A stretch of DNA of 64,000 nucleotides from Octopus sinensis (GCF_006345805.1 NC_042999.1:140988001-141052000); one strand, 5' to 3'; shown: positions 11,589-27,204, counted from the stretch's first letter. Notes: generated from the letters alone by a model not told the origin. Numbers and translations are program-made.

Positions 11589-13467
11589 GGGAAAAGTATT
11601 TGTCAAACCACTTGACCTCTGTTTATCTCTTTCATAGGGTTAACTGAAATGAGAGACTAATTTCTTTTAAGACACTCCCACTCTGTCACTTGTAACAATT
11701 CCTGCAAGTAAGACAACCTCTATGGAACCATTTGACCTACTAGAAAAAGCAACTAAATCTTTTATATTTCTATTAAAAATGATTAGAGTAAAATAGAAAG
11801 CTACTGAGGGAATAGAAACTGAAGGAATAGTAAAAAATAAAATTATAAAAAAAGTAAATATATACTGTGTATAGGTTAATATACAACATTATGCACAAGA
11901 ACAAAGAATTTGACAAATAAATGACAAGGTTAGAGAGATGAATGGCAATAAAAAAAGTCTTCAGTTTGAAACAAAATACAACAGCAAAAGCATCTTTTTT
12001 TCTAAAAAAATATAAGTAAAATATTGAAAATTTGTTTTGTAAGTGCAACAGTAAAAATTATATTTGATAAAAATTGATGTATCCTCTACATCAGACAACT
12101 TTATATTACTATTACTGTTCAAGTTGTTCCTATTGAGTAGCAGATCAATTGAAATTTTCAGTTATAGCCATTTTATTTCAGGCATGTTACTAATTCTTTG
12201 AGGAAAGCATGAACATGACATAATTTCATCTCTTCTTTACCTAAAGTCCATTTACATTACTGAAGCCCTTGAGAAAAGGATAAATATCACACGATTCAAT
12301 TTCCTTTCTGCTATAAATCTGTGTATAAGCAATCTATATTATCATTGTTGTTAGTAAGTGCTATTGCTAAATGGTACAGTGCTAGACTAGAGCCATGCTG
12401 TATTTAATTACAACTCTGTAGATTTTGAGTTCAAATATCCCTAACATGGACACTGGCTTGCATCTCTGCTTGATAAAATAATCATTTGTGGCATGTACTG
12501 AAGTTGATTCAACTGAATATATCTTGCTGCTATATATTTGTAAAATGTATGCATGTGTTTATATTTGTTTTACATTTGTTTTCCACTGCTAGCATGGGTT
12601 AGGTGAATACATATTTTTGAAGTTATATGGGAGACCTTTGTTCAAGATTCTACACAATGGAACTGAATCAGAAATCATGTGCTTCTGGAGTGGATTTCTG
12701 AACCAACAGCCATACCTGTGCCTATGTATACATATATAAATGTGTGTGTGTGTGTGTACCCACATATATACATATATTTATACATAGCATTGGATACAAT
12801 AAATGAACATATTATTAAAATCCCTTGTAAAACAGGACATAAAATGCGCTATACCAAACCTTAAGCTAACACTAATAGTATACTACAAAAATATTAAAAT
12901 GAAAAACTTTAACACCAGTTAACAAACTACAAGTATTAAAACTCACAAATAAGTTACTAATGTCTATCGTAACTTATAAATTTGATTGTAGTTGTGAAAG
13001 TTATAAACTTCACAAAACCAACTGCTATATTGGCTATACATGTACGACCACTCTCCCACTTCCTCATCATGCAACAAAGTAAATTTACTGTGCACTACAC
13101 AACACAAAACTAGATTAGAAAACATTAATGGACAAGAGATCTTTACTCTAAAGAATTACCCACAAAAATAGATTACTGTTCATAAAAGCAATTCTTTGAA
13201 CATGATTTAATGCTAAAATAAACATACATACAACATACACTATCCATAAACAATGACAATGTATAAACCTCATGGCCAAAATTTAGATTCTGTTGTTCAT
13301 ACCAAACATGGTGACTTTGCTTACAATAAGGAGGTAGTGATATATACCCATGTAACTTCATCCTAAAGATGATACTTTAAAAACATAGAAATGTTAATAT
13401 ATTTACAAACTTTACAAAACCAAAGAAACTTCATAATGAAGTATTTTGATTAGTATATGTGTTAGAA

Positions 13468-14516
13468 CATCATCATCATCATCGTTTAATGTCCGCTTTC
13501 CATGCTGGCATGGGTTGGACTTTTTGACTGAGGAATGGCGAATCAGATGGCTGCACCAGGCTCCAATCTGATCTGGCAGAGTTTCTACAGCTGGATGCCC
13601 TTCCTAATGCCAACCACTCCGAGAGTGTAATGGGTGCTTTTACATGCCACCGGCATGAGGGCCAGGCAACGGCCACACTCAAATGGTGTTTTTATGTGCC
13701 ACCTGTACAGGAGCCAGTCCAGCGACACTGGCAATGACCTCGCTCAAATATATTTTCATGTGCCACCAGCAGAAGTGCCAGTAAGGCGACGCTGGTAACA
13801 ATCACGCTTGAATGGTGCATTTTATATGCCACCGGTATGGAAGCCAGTCAGCTGCTCTGGCAATGATCACGCTCGGATGGTGCTCTTAGCACTCCACTAG
13901 CACGGATGCCAGTCATGCAGGGCTGTCATCGAATTTGATTTCGATTTCGATTGCCTCAACAGGTCTTCGCAAACAGAGTTTAGTGTCCAATGAAAGAAAG
14001 GAACGATTAAGTGGGCTAGTTACACTTTTGGCATAGGCCACAGGTTATGGTCTCATTTGGCTTACCGGGTCTTCTCAAGCACAGCATATTACCAAAGGTC
14101 TTAGTCACTAGTTATTGCCTTGGTGAGGCCTAATGTTCGAAGGTCGTGCTTCACCACCTCATTTCAGTTCTTCCTGGGTCTACCTCTTCCACAGGTTCCC
14201 TTAACCGCTAGGGTGTGGCACATTTTCACACAGCTATCCTCATCCATTCTCACCACATGACTATATCAGTGCAGTCGTCTCATTGCACACCACATCTGAT
14301 GCTTCTTAGATCCAACTTTTCTCTCAATGTACTTACACTCTGTCGAGTATGCACACTGACATTATACATCCAGCATAGCATACTGGCTTCATTCCTTGCA
14401 AGCTTACGCATGTCCTGAGCAGTCATGCCCCATGTTTTACTGCCATGTAGTATGGCTGTTCGTGCACATGTGTCATACAGTCTACCTTTTACTCTGAGCG
14501 AGAGGCCCTTTGTCAC
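13468..14516 (-). mobile_element. 5'-truncated RTE-clade LINE (ORF C-terminus, 3' UTR, (GAT)n tail)
   Basis: TKGLSLRVKGRLYDTCARTAILHGSKTWGMTAQDMRKLARNEASMLCWMYNVSVHTRQSVSTLREKLDLRSIRCGVQ. Same family and 3' end as 5635-6468, opposite strand. Confidence 0.93.
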
Positions 14517-17500
14517 ATGAAAGGAAATTCACCTTTTTGTTTTCTTTGATGACAAGGTCAAAGGAAATAAAAGCCTGCCCTTGACCTTTTTTGGGGATCA
14601 TTATGTGATCATTATAGGAGGAAGTAGGCCTCAAATTGATGCCCTTGTTTGAATACTTGTAACAGAATGGACTCTGCTAAAGGTATCCAAGGACCAAGTG
14701 GTGGTGTTAAACAGGGCAATGGATTGTCTTGTATTTATATATATGAATAGAAGTCTTCTATTCATATATATTTATATATTTAGTGATAGAAATTTGGTGG
14801 TGGTATTAGAGATAGTAATGTAATAGATGAAGTGATGGTGGTGGTGTGGTTGTTCATGGAGTAAAATGATTGGAGACCATTTATTATGTGGAGAATATCT
14901 GCCATCTTTCTTACTTTCCTCACCTCGCTATTGCAGAAAATGAAGATCTGTCTACTTTAAGTAGATGTATTAAGTTATGTCACCTATGGGATGCAAGGAA
15001 AGAGACAACAGCACTTATCAACTATTGTTACTACAACTACTGCTGCTGATTAACTTATTAACACTATAATTTTATCGATACTTTTATTGTCATTATTACC
15101 ACTACTAACTCTACTATCATAGCAAACATCACCTCTAGCTTCACTATTACTACTGCTACAACATAGACTTCTACTACTCCTTACATGTTGGGTGAATGAA
15201 ACAGCAAGAGTTTAGTTAATGAAAATCAGCAAATGAAAAAGTATCAATTACTGCTTCTTAATACAGTTATCTATTCTGTTTTTAAGTGTAATTTAGATGC
15301 CAGATAAGGATTGTCTTTTTGATTTACAAAAGGGGAGTAAACAGTATCTTTTTCTAAACAGTATTTTTTTCTGACTAATATTTAACAGATTTCACTAACC
15401 CAATGTTTATGCAGCATATTGATTTAGATAGACAGCTTATTAAAAAGTTTAGCTAAGTTTAGATTTATTACGTGATATGGTGTAGGTTAGTGGTTAATAG
15501 ATGCCTATATTAAAGAGGAACTGGGAAGGACAATTTCTGAGAGAAAGAATCTAGATTAATCATGAATTCCTATAACCTCTTAGTGGCCTGTCTTCCCATC
15601 TCCTAACAGCTGCCAGCCTACCTCATGCTGGAAAGATGTAAAAGCCTGAATTATCGACCTACATACTGACTTAGAAAGTTTTCTTATGTTCCTTCAGCTT
15701 AATTTCTATTGGCAGTCATTGGGCAGTTGACCAAAATGCAATATAAACTGTAACATAAGGTTGAAGTAGCATGTTGTATTATTGTTATTTTTTCTCTCAG
15801 TATTAATTTGAGCCTTGAGAAAAAGAAATAAATATAAAAATCCCAAATTGATGATTGGCAAAAGGGTTTCATTTCCATTAACATCATTGTCTTGAGCCAA
15901 CAACAAAAATACATTTATTCAACCTGTTCAGTGCAATGATCAAATCTTCCTGAACAAATTCCCTGTTTGTAAAATGTGGTTTACCTGTGTTTAACCCTAC
16001 ATTTCATAACGTGTCCACAGTAATTACAGGATGACTATAACTAGAAATATCACTAAAGTGCTTCATTTTATCATATATATTTCATAATTGGAATTGACAA
16101 GAGTTGATAAATTGCTATTGCAAATCCTTACATTAATTGCCATAATTTTCACTGACATAATGATTTGTGCAATGTATGTTTTCCTAATCATAAAATACTT
16201 TAGCTGTGTCTCCAATATGTCATCTTTGACTCTTACAACTATCATACCATGACTCTTGAATGTCTTTCACATAGTTATATAAGGTTCCTCACATCTATTT
16301 CTTTCCTGATAACTGCCAGATATTTTAAATAATAATAATGAAATTATTGTATACAGTGCTCAGGTGCACCACAACTTGTCAAAAGTGCATATAAAGTATA
16401 TGCAGTAATGTACAAATGTCTGGAAAGTGAACAATGTATGAGTCAGATACATTCTTGCCTAAGCCCTAAAACATTGATGTAGACTTAGTGAAAATTATAG
16501 TTTTTAATCCTAGCCTGCATTAACCACAAAAACACATTCATACATGCTAATTAGGTAGCAATCACTCAATCTATAAAAAATAACTGTCAAATCTTTTAAA
16601 ATTACCCACTATCATCCTTAAAGATGAAAGAACACTTTGGACAATACTGTTTTAGATATATGATGTGATGGTTACATATGGATCACTTGTGCTTAACCAG
16701 TTTATATTTATTTGTATTTTCCAAGTATAAATATAGAACAAATTCCTACAAATAAAATTATTTTAACTACAAATTGTCTACACTGGGCAGAGATTCGTTG
16801 TGTTAGTTACCACATCATACAACAAAAATACCAGGTAAACTATTAAGAAGCCTTTATGTGGTTGCATAACTTCAAGGAATAGCAGCCAAATTTCTCTCAA
16901 ATGACACTAAAAAAGAGATGAGACAGTCACAGCTAGAACATGTTTGATCAAACATCTACAAAGAGTTAACCTGAGGCTAAACAACAGTACCAGGAACTGC
17001 TGATTTCCCATCCTAAGACATACTTTTGCAAAAACAGCCATGAAATTAAATACAAAATTGAACAGATAAAAAGCAAAAAAAGAGAGAGAGCAATAAAAGT
17101 TGTTACAGTTTGAATTTTCCAAGGACAGTGAAGTTGTGTGTGTGTGCGCGTGCATGTACTTTATTGAAAATGAATTCTTGTAACTCTAGTTTCATGCCAT
17201 CACAATTTTCAAGTAAGAACTGTTTATATTTGAAGATTTGCAGCAGCATGAAACATCAGTTATGAGATACAAATTCAGTTTCAGTAAGCAAATTTTCTAC
17301 AACATGTATTCAACACTCCTCATTCATTCAACAGAATTCAATGTGTATTTATGTATGTGTGTGTATATATATATATATATATAATCATTTTACATTCTCT
17401 TTCCTCACTGACTTGGATTGGACAGACCATCACAATCTAAAGTCAGTCCTTTTTTAGAGGTACTGCTTTCTCTAATGGGTTACAAAACACCATCTTATGT

Positions 17501-19399
17501 CTCATTTTTTGGCTTAGTTTTTGTAGCTGGATGCCCTTTCTAACATTAACCATTTTACATTGTTTACTAGGTGCATTTTACTTTGATACCAGTATTTGAG
17601 AGATCACTGTGTCCTTAACAATATTAAAGAAAAGATCCTCTCAATCTCACTCTCAACAAAGTGCACTGGGTGCATTTTATCATGGTTGTAACACCAGAGA
17701 GGCTGTTATAGCACCAACAGTAGAGGGGTTGCCTCTCACCATTCTCATTTTCTCAAGGCCAAGTGGCTAAGATTAACAATAGAATTGTAGTTGAAGGGAT
17801 GAGGGAGCGTGATGGATAGTAATAGGGGTGAATATATGGTAAGAGCAAGTGATATATATCAATTGTATGTGGCCTCAAGGGTAGCTTTAGTACATACATG
17901 TGTGCATACATGCAAATTTTAGTGGTCAACTGCTTAATTTTAAAAATTATCAATTAATTTAGAATATTCAGAAAATTATCATAATTAACAATGACAAATC
18001 TATTTCTTATGCCAACATACATTTACTTAAGTCTGCCATTTCACATTTTGCATCATTCTGAATGTATTTTTTTCTTAATCTGAAGTAGAATTGTCAACTT
18101 TCTTTGGGTTCCGAGGGATATTTTTTTTTACTTCTCTTTAGCAATTAAGCAGCTAGAGCTTACATAAATCAATTAACAGATTTTGTTTACTTTTCCACAA
18201 CTGGTTTATGTATTTTATTTGCCCTTTTACATCCTAACCCAGTAATCTCAGGTCTTAATAATTCTTGAATTTGATTTCTTTTTTAATTCTATATGTTTTT
18301 TTTTAATCTTTTTCTTTAACTTATATTTGATTCCACTAACCCAACTCTACCCATGGGACCTATATGTATTCATTCACCTTCCTAGAATTAGCTAATAAAT
18401 CTCTTTGAAATCATATTCTACTATTATAAAAAGGGATACCCCAGATAATGTAATCTAAATCACTGTGTGAAAAAAAATGGAATGGTATCTACTGAGATGT
18501 TTTTGATCATAGGTTTGCTCAATCAAGACTAACTTAGGAGTCAACAACTAACTGTAACTGATAGTCTTGATAAATTTTGGTGTCCAGTTAATGTCATCAC
18601 CATCCATCATCATCAACATCATCATCATCATTACTATCACCACTATTACCAATTTTATCATCATCATTTTGAGAAGGTATTCTTTCAAAATATTTGATAT
18701 CATTTTAATTTATATACCATGTTTTTGGAGAAATGTTAATTCTTATGTGCTACTCTTTTACCATACATAGTCATACATTCCTTTGACTGAAATACTTAGT
18801 ATTTTTTATCTTTTTATTTATTTTTTATTATTTAAAAAAAAATTTTTCATTGTGATGCTGTCTTTTGTCTGAACATCAGATATCACTCACTGAAAACAGA
18901 CAGCATATAATAATAAAGTCTACTGGCAAAATTCTCCATCTGCTAATTCATAAAAATTTAATTAATGATTCTTTATTATCAAAATTGGTTTTGAATTGAC
19001 TTCCTCCTTTCTTTCACTAGTAAATGAGATTATAAGGAAGGAAATTTAGAAAAGCACTAAGTTTCTTGTTTTTTGTTTGTTTTTCTTTGTTCAATGTAAA
19101 TATATGAAAGATACATTTTTTTCACCACTTTCTTCTGTTGTAAAGTTGTCCTAAAAATTCTATTATGATTAAAATCTGATTAGTAAATGGAATAATAGAA
19201 TATCACTTATATACTTTGACTCATAAGAAACTTTAATTAAATTATGACTTTAAAATTCACTCAAACTATTGAGCAACTTTCAGTGATGTAACAATTTAAA
19301 CCATTCATGAAATTTTTCTAGTTTATCTAAGTATTTGACTAGATGAATAAGGAATTTTTTAATTCCCTCACAAGCTTTTTGTTTATTTTTTTATTTGCT

Positions 19400-21250
19400 G
19401 ATCTGGTGGAAGAGATAGTGCCATTGGCCTTTTCAAGTCTTCTGAGATAGATGGCCGGTGATGTTAATGTTCTGCTTTAACTGTCAACATCTGCAGGAAA
19501 AACATAAGCAGAAAAAGAATTTCTGTGGGTTGACAGTCTTGCAAGGAAGGACTGGGTGTAGTAATTAGTGGGGCTGGTGTGGGTTGAACATAACATTAAT
19601 GATGAGAGGAGAAGAGATGAGTGAGTCAGGAGTACCTGAATGGAAGTGACAAAAGACCAGCCTACACCAAGTAGCAAATGCCATTGTAATAGCCAAGGGG
19701 AAGCCACAGAAAAAGCAGGAAAAATATTATGATATGTCTATGAACCAGAAGCTGCAGTATATCTGCAAGTGATTTTATGCCAATCAATCAAGTGTTTGCT
19801 CTTTTGATGTGTTCTAAGAAATATGTGTGCTGCAGCAGTATCATTCTAAGTGTGGGAGCAATATCTACTGTGGATCTTACCTAAGCTTTGAAGAGAGTTG
19901 GTAATTGTTGTAGCTGAAGAATTTTCTTGTCCTAAAAAGAAGGTTTAGTCTCTAGTTATGTTAATGATGTGCATTCACCTTAAAAAATCCTCAGTGATGT
20001 AGCATTCAGTGTAATCATAAGGGCTCTCATTGCATGTTGCTCCTGGTTAAACAGGGTAAAGAGCAATGTTTTCTTGACCTGAGCAGTTTTTATTTTTGCT
20101 GTTGAAAGTGACAACATTGGCATGACCCCATTCAGGGATACTTCCAAAGTCTGTTTTTATGGAATTGGTAGAAATTCTGTGTGAGATGTCATGGTTGCAT
20201 GTGGATGACACTTGGGTGGCAAAGGTGAGATGTAATGGCAAGTAAGAGTTTAGGGGACAAAACCATAGACTGAGGCACACCAGAGTTGATAGTTAGAGGG
20301 TGCAATGATAGTGTAGTGTACTTTGACAGTAAGTTACCAATGAACAAAAGGAGACAAATGGAGCCCATAGACAGGTGATTTGGAGACCAAATATGATGAT
20401 AATGTAATTTCTAGGCAAACTGAAGTGAATTGCCATTATTTACCACTGTATGTTTGCTTGGCCAGTGGAAGGTTATCACAAAGGGAACAAAATAAACACT
20501 GTTACCAGTTAGCAGTGGAAAACATTGAGATCCTTGCTGTAGCAAACAATAAGAGTGAAATTAAATGATATGGATGAAAAAAAACAGAAAAAAATTAAGG
20601 TATTAATGACACAGAACTTTAAATCAGTAAGTGTCAGCATATCAGCTACTCATATTCAAGAACAGATCATTGTGTGGCGAGCGAAGTTGGTTGGGTGAGT
20701 TTTCAACTGGTATACTAAAAAAAGTCTCTTGTCAATTGTGTACTTGTATGGTCTGCTAATTCTGCTGTCCATCTGTCCAGCCATCCAGCAGTCTGTTGAT
20801 GAGATTGATCTTTTCATAGTAACAGTAACAACCAGTCAGACCAAACCAATCAGCTCAGATCAAATCAGATCAGAACCATTCAATTTTAAATTTAATCTCA
20901 GTCAGAATCTAAAAATAGGTGAGAGGAGATTTGGTGCGAAAATACAAAGCTGCTTTTCTTGTACAAATTAAAATGTTTGTGAAATAGAGTATATGAGTGA
21001 AACAGGGTTAAAGCTTGATGGAGATTGCTTCAGATAGTTGACATGGCTGATAAATAATGTGAATAATGAATTAAAATCTCCTGAAGGGTTATGGTGGGTA
21101 GAAGGCAAAAATAGAGTAATAGTTGTCTTGAAGACTGTGCTGGATATATGTTAAAGAAATATAATTAGATACATGTGGCAAATAAAGAAGAGGAAAGGAA
21201 AAAGCAGTTGGCAATAAATTAGTTAGCAGAACTTCCCTTGATTGTATCCT
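19400..21250 (-). mobile_element. Degenerate CR1/L2-group LINE (RT and C-terminus 19400-20700; possible endonuclease remnant 20990-21250)
   Basis: Minus-strand frames give NSGVPQSMVF (RT motif), DFGSIPEWGHANVVTFNSK and C-terminal TNYYTQSFLARLSTHRNSFSAYVFP, with many stops and frameshifts. The endonuclease part is a weaker by-eye match. Confidence 0.75.
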
Positions 21251-21793
21251 CATTATTATCAACTTTATAATCATGATCATTACCATTGTTGCTGTTCGTA
21301 TTTAGATTCACATGTCTTATGATGATATTGATGACGTGACAATCTTCACGATAATCATCATATGGTCCGTATTAATATCATCATTTTATCATTGTCCTCC
21401 TCATCATTATTTCTTTTGTTCTTTTTTTATTTTACAATGATGCTAATGTTGATCTTCATCACTTTCAAAAGTTCCACTTACACATCCTAACCATTACAAG
21501 AAACAATATCTGCACTGATGAAATAAATATATTTTTAAGGAAAGAAAATTTACCTAGTTACCCTAACTGATGTATTATTATTATTATAACTGCTATGACC
21601 TTTTGGAGATAGAAAGAGTGGGAGGGAGACTTCTTACATTATATATGTCAAAATATTGTTTTTCTTTTTATCAGTTCACAATTTTATATCCACTTTTGCC
21701 CATGTGTTTACATGGACTGCACTGCTAAATTGATTTAGATGTTACTTTTCCTACTTTTCCAGGAAGAGTTGCAGTAGTTTGTTATTAGCATTG

Positions 21794-21853
21794 TTGCAAT
21801 GCTAAAGACTTATATACCATATACTTGCAATGCTAAAGACTTATATACCATAT
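21794..21853. repeat. 31-bp local tandem duplication
   Basis: ttgcaatgctaaagacttatataccatat occurs at 21794 and 21825. Confidence 0.95.
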
Positions 21854-22449
21854 CCCTGGTATATAAACTATAATTACCGCTAAGCTTTAAAACCTATTTT
21901 TTACCTTTTGCCTGAAGATGAAGACACTGAAATTAAAGTATCATTTTCTTGATCAAACCAACCGAGTTGGAACAGTTGTTTGCATTAAATTTAGAGCAGC
22001 TGAAATTACCTTTTAAAGTTTAAGTATTGCAGATCATCTCAGGAACATCTTTTACTTGTGGGTATTTGATCTGTTTATTATATATATTTAGCTTTGGTAA
22101 CAAAACTAAACTCTTGTAGATACCCCATAACTAAATCTGTATGAGTTTTATGCATAGAAAATACTTGTAAAAACCTGAATGTTTTTCTGTCAGAATCTGT
22201 CTAGAGGTAAATTGGTTCATGCAGGTGTCATTTCTGATTCTCTGAGAACATTTCACAGCTTGTAATAATACCCCCAGTGTATCAAAAATGCTGGTAGAAA
22301 AATCACTGCTTTGGAATATTAAACCAGTGAAAAAACAAACATCTAATTAATCTACTAATAAAATGTGAAACAAATTTCCTTTTATATATTTTATACAGTC
22401 TGTTAGAAATTTTGTTTCTCAGAGACTATGGCATCTACAAGGATACCTG

Positions 22450-23000
22450 GGTAACAACCAAAGTTATGTGGTTGCCTTTTGTTGGGTATGTTTCTCTAAA
22501 GCTTGCTTCTTTGACTTAGTTGCAGATCTGAGTCAAAGATTAGTCAGATTTAATGCCTGGCATCTAGAATGCTACCAGGAGCTTGTAGTTCTCTATCAGT
22601 TGTACAGTGCAGCTGCTAAAACTTCCACATTAGCATTCTATTGAGGATCTATCACAGAGAAGAGTAATGATATTCTCGGGAAAAACTTCAAGCATCAAGG
22701 AAAACATAGTGGCAGATTTATTCTAGAATGATTTCAGCTTAAGGGTTATGGATAATTTCAAAAAGATCTGTGTTGACAATGCTACCAGATGGTGGGGCAT
22801 TCCTCTTTCAACACGAAGTGCAGATGCAAGGAAGTGCTTCAGTGGAGTCTGTTTGATATGTGTGCAGAGCAACGAAACCATTCTGCACATACCCATCTAA
22901 AGTACATCCAATCATTGCTGGTTTGAGGTGCTGTGTCAAACAACTGTTGTTACATGTAAGGCAGATCTGACTATTAACCAAATCCATCATGGAGTTACCT
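22450..23000 (-). mobile_element. Highly degenerate LINE RT N-terminal fragment (CR1/Jockey-like)
   Basis: LKPAMIGCTLDGYVQNG...EALPCICTSC, then ERG/PTIW*H and SSCTVQLIE. This follows the order of the RT motifs GPDG...PxxWK...GFRxxxSCxxQL. Confidence 0.5.
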
Positions 23001-23178
23001 CATTGTATTTCTTTGGCTGGAAAGAGCAGGCAATTTTTTTGTGCAGTGGCTATGGCAAAAGTGGTTGCATGGTAGATGCATCTGATTAAGCTCTTATCAA
23101 CATCAGTTAATTGTTTAAAAGGTAGAGTGTGAACACACATTGTGTGCATATCCATGTATAACTGTTTACACACATATG

Positions 23179-23212
<34 letters not shown>

Positions 23213-26200
23213 CTTTACTAAGGATTTACATTGGGTCTGCTTTTTATTTTGGACACCAGTAATGTTGTACCATCTAAGCTTCACTAGTACCCAATTCATC
23301 AGATTGTATTTGTAGTTATAAGTAAATTTCTCTGTCATGTCTACAACCTGGAAAATATGTTATTTCTTTCTTTTCTACTCCTGTTTGTAATATTTCTAAA
23401 AATCTGGGGATTTTTCTTCCTTTCTCCTTTTTATTATAACAATTTCTTTTACTTCTATAATCTCTAGCAATATATTTCAATTCTCAGAGAAAAAACATTT
23501 AGGGAAGAAAGATATGTTTAACTCCTTATATTTTTTTTATTATTCTTGTCTCTTTGTTTTCCTTCTCTGAACCCTTTCATTTTTTTCCACTGTTCATAAA
23601 GCTTATCACCACATTGTACTGCTTTGGTGAACAATTTAAATATAAAGGTGAACTAAATTGGTTCTTAAGCAGCAGGTAAATCAGCTTCTTAATTCAAAAA
23701 CCAGCATCTTCTGATGTTGGCATTGAATGCTATTCAAATTGGTTACTTTTCTATTTTTTCTGTTCTTATATATATATTTACCATCATCAGTATGGCAGAA
23801 TGTGAGTGTATTTGTACTCAACATTTAACTAAGATATCTGTTATCTATAGTCTGCTGAATGAATAGCCATAAAACTCAACAACAGTCATACAACAAGAAC
23901 AAAATAACAATGAAGAGGGAGCAGTGGCAGTGTGATATTTGCATTAAATGATTATCTACTGGCATTTTACTCCAATTAAATATTGTCAACTAGTCCCTTT
24001 TAAGATCTACATAATTATGTAGGCTGCTGTTTGTGTAACGTAGGAGAGAGTGTTTATTTATAAATCTGGTTTTCTCCTCTTTTAAGTGAAAATGCTTCTA
24101 TAAATACACATCTCTCTTTCTTTAGCATATCTATTCTAGCAAGTGCTAATATTAATTACATTCAGCATTTTAATATCTCTCCAAAATTTTTCATACAAAA
24201 AAAAGAATAATAAATGAATAAAAATAAGTTATAACATTTCTTTTATTTATTTTCTGTTTTGCCAGTGTGAATAGAAAATAAAATGTTTATGTAAGTGATG
24301 TGTTGTTTAAGACTTATCTGTGATGATGTATTATTTCCCCCCCCCGTCTACTGTCAGGATTACAGCCAAAGGTTCAGTGGCTCATATCCCATTCCATTGC
24401 TGCACTTAAAGACACTTAACTCTCAAATGGCCTAATCCACCTAGCTGAAAATAGACATTTGTAAGCTTACTATTGCAGAAATAAGAATACTGTGTAATTG
24501 ATTAATGTTTCTTTAGCTTGCAGTACTTAATTCAATATGTAAATCCTTATGTGAATAACTATCACCATAGCATAACTTGGTCATATTTATCCACATATCC
24601 ACATGGTTGAGTTACTTGACGCACAGCATAAAAATGAAGCTTTCAATGGTGCTGCAATATCCCATGAATTTATGGAGCAGAGCATCATTTAATTGCTCTT
24701 ATGTACTGAAATATTAATTTCTATGTTTGAATGATATTCAAATCACAATACATAGTTGTTTTTATTGTTTGCCCGTATCTTTGGGGAATGAAAATAAAGT
24801 TAAAAGAAGAAAAAGTTGTAAATTTGGATTGGTAAAAATGTCACAGTAAAGATATCACATTTCATTAAAATATCATAATAGTTTAATATAATTAAACAAC
24901 TATTATTTTCAGTTGCTTAGTAACTGAAAATACATACATAGCTTGTACACAACAGCACAGTTTATAATGGCATTTTACACATATGAAAAAATTTCATTCA
25001 GTATCTTGAAATTATTATTTATTCATTGATGTATTTTTAAAAATAATTTTGAAAACACTCATTAAAAAGTTTGCCTCAAAAGCACATGGTTTCAGATTCA
25101 AACCCACTTGGATAAATGCATTTTACAATACCCTGTTGTTGACTAATGCTTTCTACGTGAATTTGGTTGATGGAAATTGTGCAAAAGAATAAAAGAATAA
25201 TTTAACTCATTCACCACTAAAAACCAAAACTTTTCAAGCTGATAAAAACGTTTTTGTAATATCACTGGATCTTTTCAGCTTGGCAACCAGATCTCCTTAC
25301 AAACTCCCTAATGGGGACTGTATATTTTAAGCACTAGCATTTCTTTTAGATGATGAAGTCCAGTCCAAATCAATATACTGGATATTAAATGTCTTAAATC
25401 CAATTCCTAGCTTTTGATTTGCTACTTTTGTACTATAGATCCATTCAAGCTTTGTTAACTGGATTTACTCAGCAACAACCAAACCAATATCTTTATAGAA
25501 ATTAGTTATATTGCATTAGAATTTTTTTTTCTTAATTCAAGTTTTTCCTTATGGAGAGAGAAGTAGATGATTCTTCAAAAATGTTTAGTATGAAATAAAA
25601 TTAAAACATTCCATGATCCTGAATAGGTTGTTAGGTGATCAATGTAGACTTCATTTTAACAAACTGATTAGAGATAAGTGTCCTTGTAAACAGGATGACA
25701 GTCTAATACAATTAGTCGTCCCCAGGAGATCCGATACCTATTCTTGAAGCTAAGTGAATTGAATATCATGCACAACTATTCAATAAACAAACTGGCTCTC
25801 CATTATCTTATTATCCATTTGACTATATTACTTCTATGAACAGATAAATAAAAATTGTGAGATGGGTAAGTGTTTTGAAGATAGACTGTTAAAGACAGAC
25901 AAATATATGGATATTTTGAAGAAAGATGGCTGGTTAATGTAAAGAGAAACTATCTAATAAGGAATAGGTTAAAGGTGGTATGATTTATATAAGTATTTTT
26001 TTTTTCATGTTATTCCTATTGCTGAGATTCTGAGATTCATAGAATATTAGTTCAATCTTTCTCTATTTCATAATGTTCAATGGTGTTCAATATTATCATT
26101 CATGTAAATACTGGTTAGCTGATTGAATCAGTAATAACATAATGCTCTGGTATATTATAACAAGATGATAAAGGTTTTGCAAAATGTTTCAGGCCTCCTC

Positions 26201-27204
26201 CATACTTATGTGTTTACAAAAATTACCTTTTTGTGAAAGATAATTTTTGTAAATATTTATTAAAGAAAAATAGTAGAATTCAAGCAAATTAATGATGTCT
26301 AGGTCAGCAAATTGTAAGTACAAAATGGAATAAATTATTTTACCTTGAAAAGAAAGCTAATATTCCAAACAGGATTCTTTGTGTAGGAGTTAAAATATCA
26401 TTTACTTATATATGAGCCAATTAGAATGTTGGCTTCAAAAAAGGAAAAAAATAATCATAGGTCTAGATGGATTGATGTTGATTTTTATGGCTAGGTAGAC
26501 TTCAACAATAGCAGTTAAAAAATACAATGAGATCTTTACAGTGAGTCCAAAACCCATAATCCATGTAAAAGTGAATTTGATTCTTTTATGTTTGGCCTTT
26601 CACTTAAATGGTCTAGACTTTATCCATAAAATGTTTCCAAATGAGTGAGTAAAGAGGAAACTAAGATATGAATGGATAATTCAATAATTTTCAGACATTA
26701 CAAAAGAAAATCTTCGTTTATAAATGAAATATGATCTGTTAATAGAATTGTATGATTTAGTATAATTAGAGATTCATTTCCAATCTTGGCACAATGCCTC
26801 AGATTTGTAGGGAAGAGTGAAGATGATTGAATCAACCACAGTATATTACAAGAACTTATTTTATTGGCCCAAGAGTGGCTAGATCAACACTGATAGGAAT
26901 CAAACTCAAAATTTAAAGAAACATACCCAAATAAATAAGGCATTTAGTGCAGTGTTCTATTATTACTGCTTTTCTTAACATAATTAAATATTTATTATTG
27001 TTAAGTATATGCAGTTGTATACTCTAATATGTACACATACACAAATACACTAGCTATTGGTACTTTGATATTGCACACATATCAGAATTATAAATGTTTG
27101 TAGCAAAGCATGTTGTATATTAGGGCAAAAATCAATTATGCATAAACCAAAATCTCTCACCATATTCATTATTTGATTGTCTCTTATGTTACTAGCTTCT
27201 GCAG

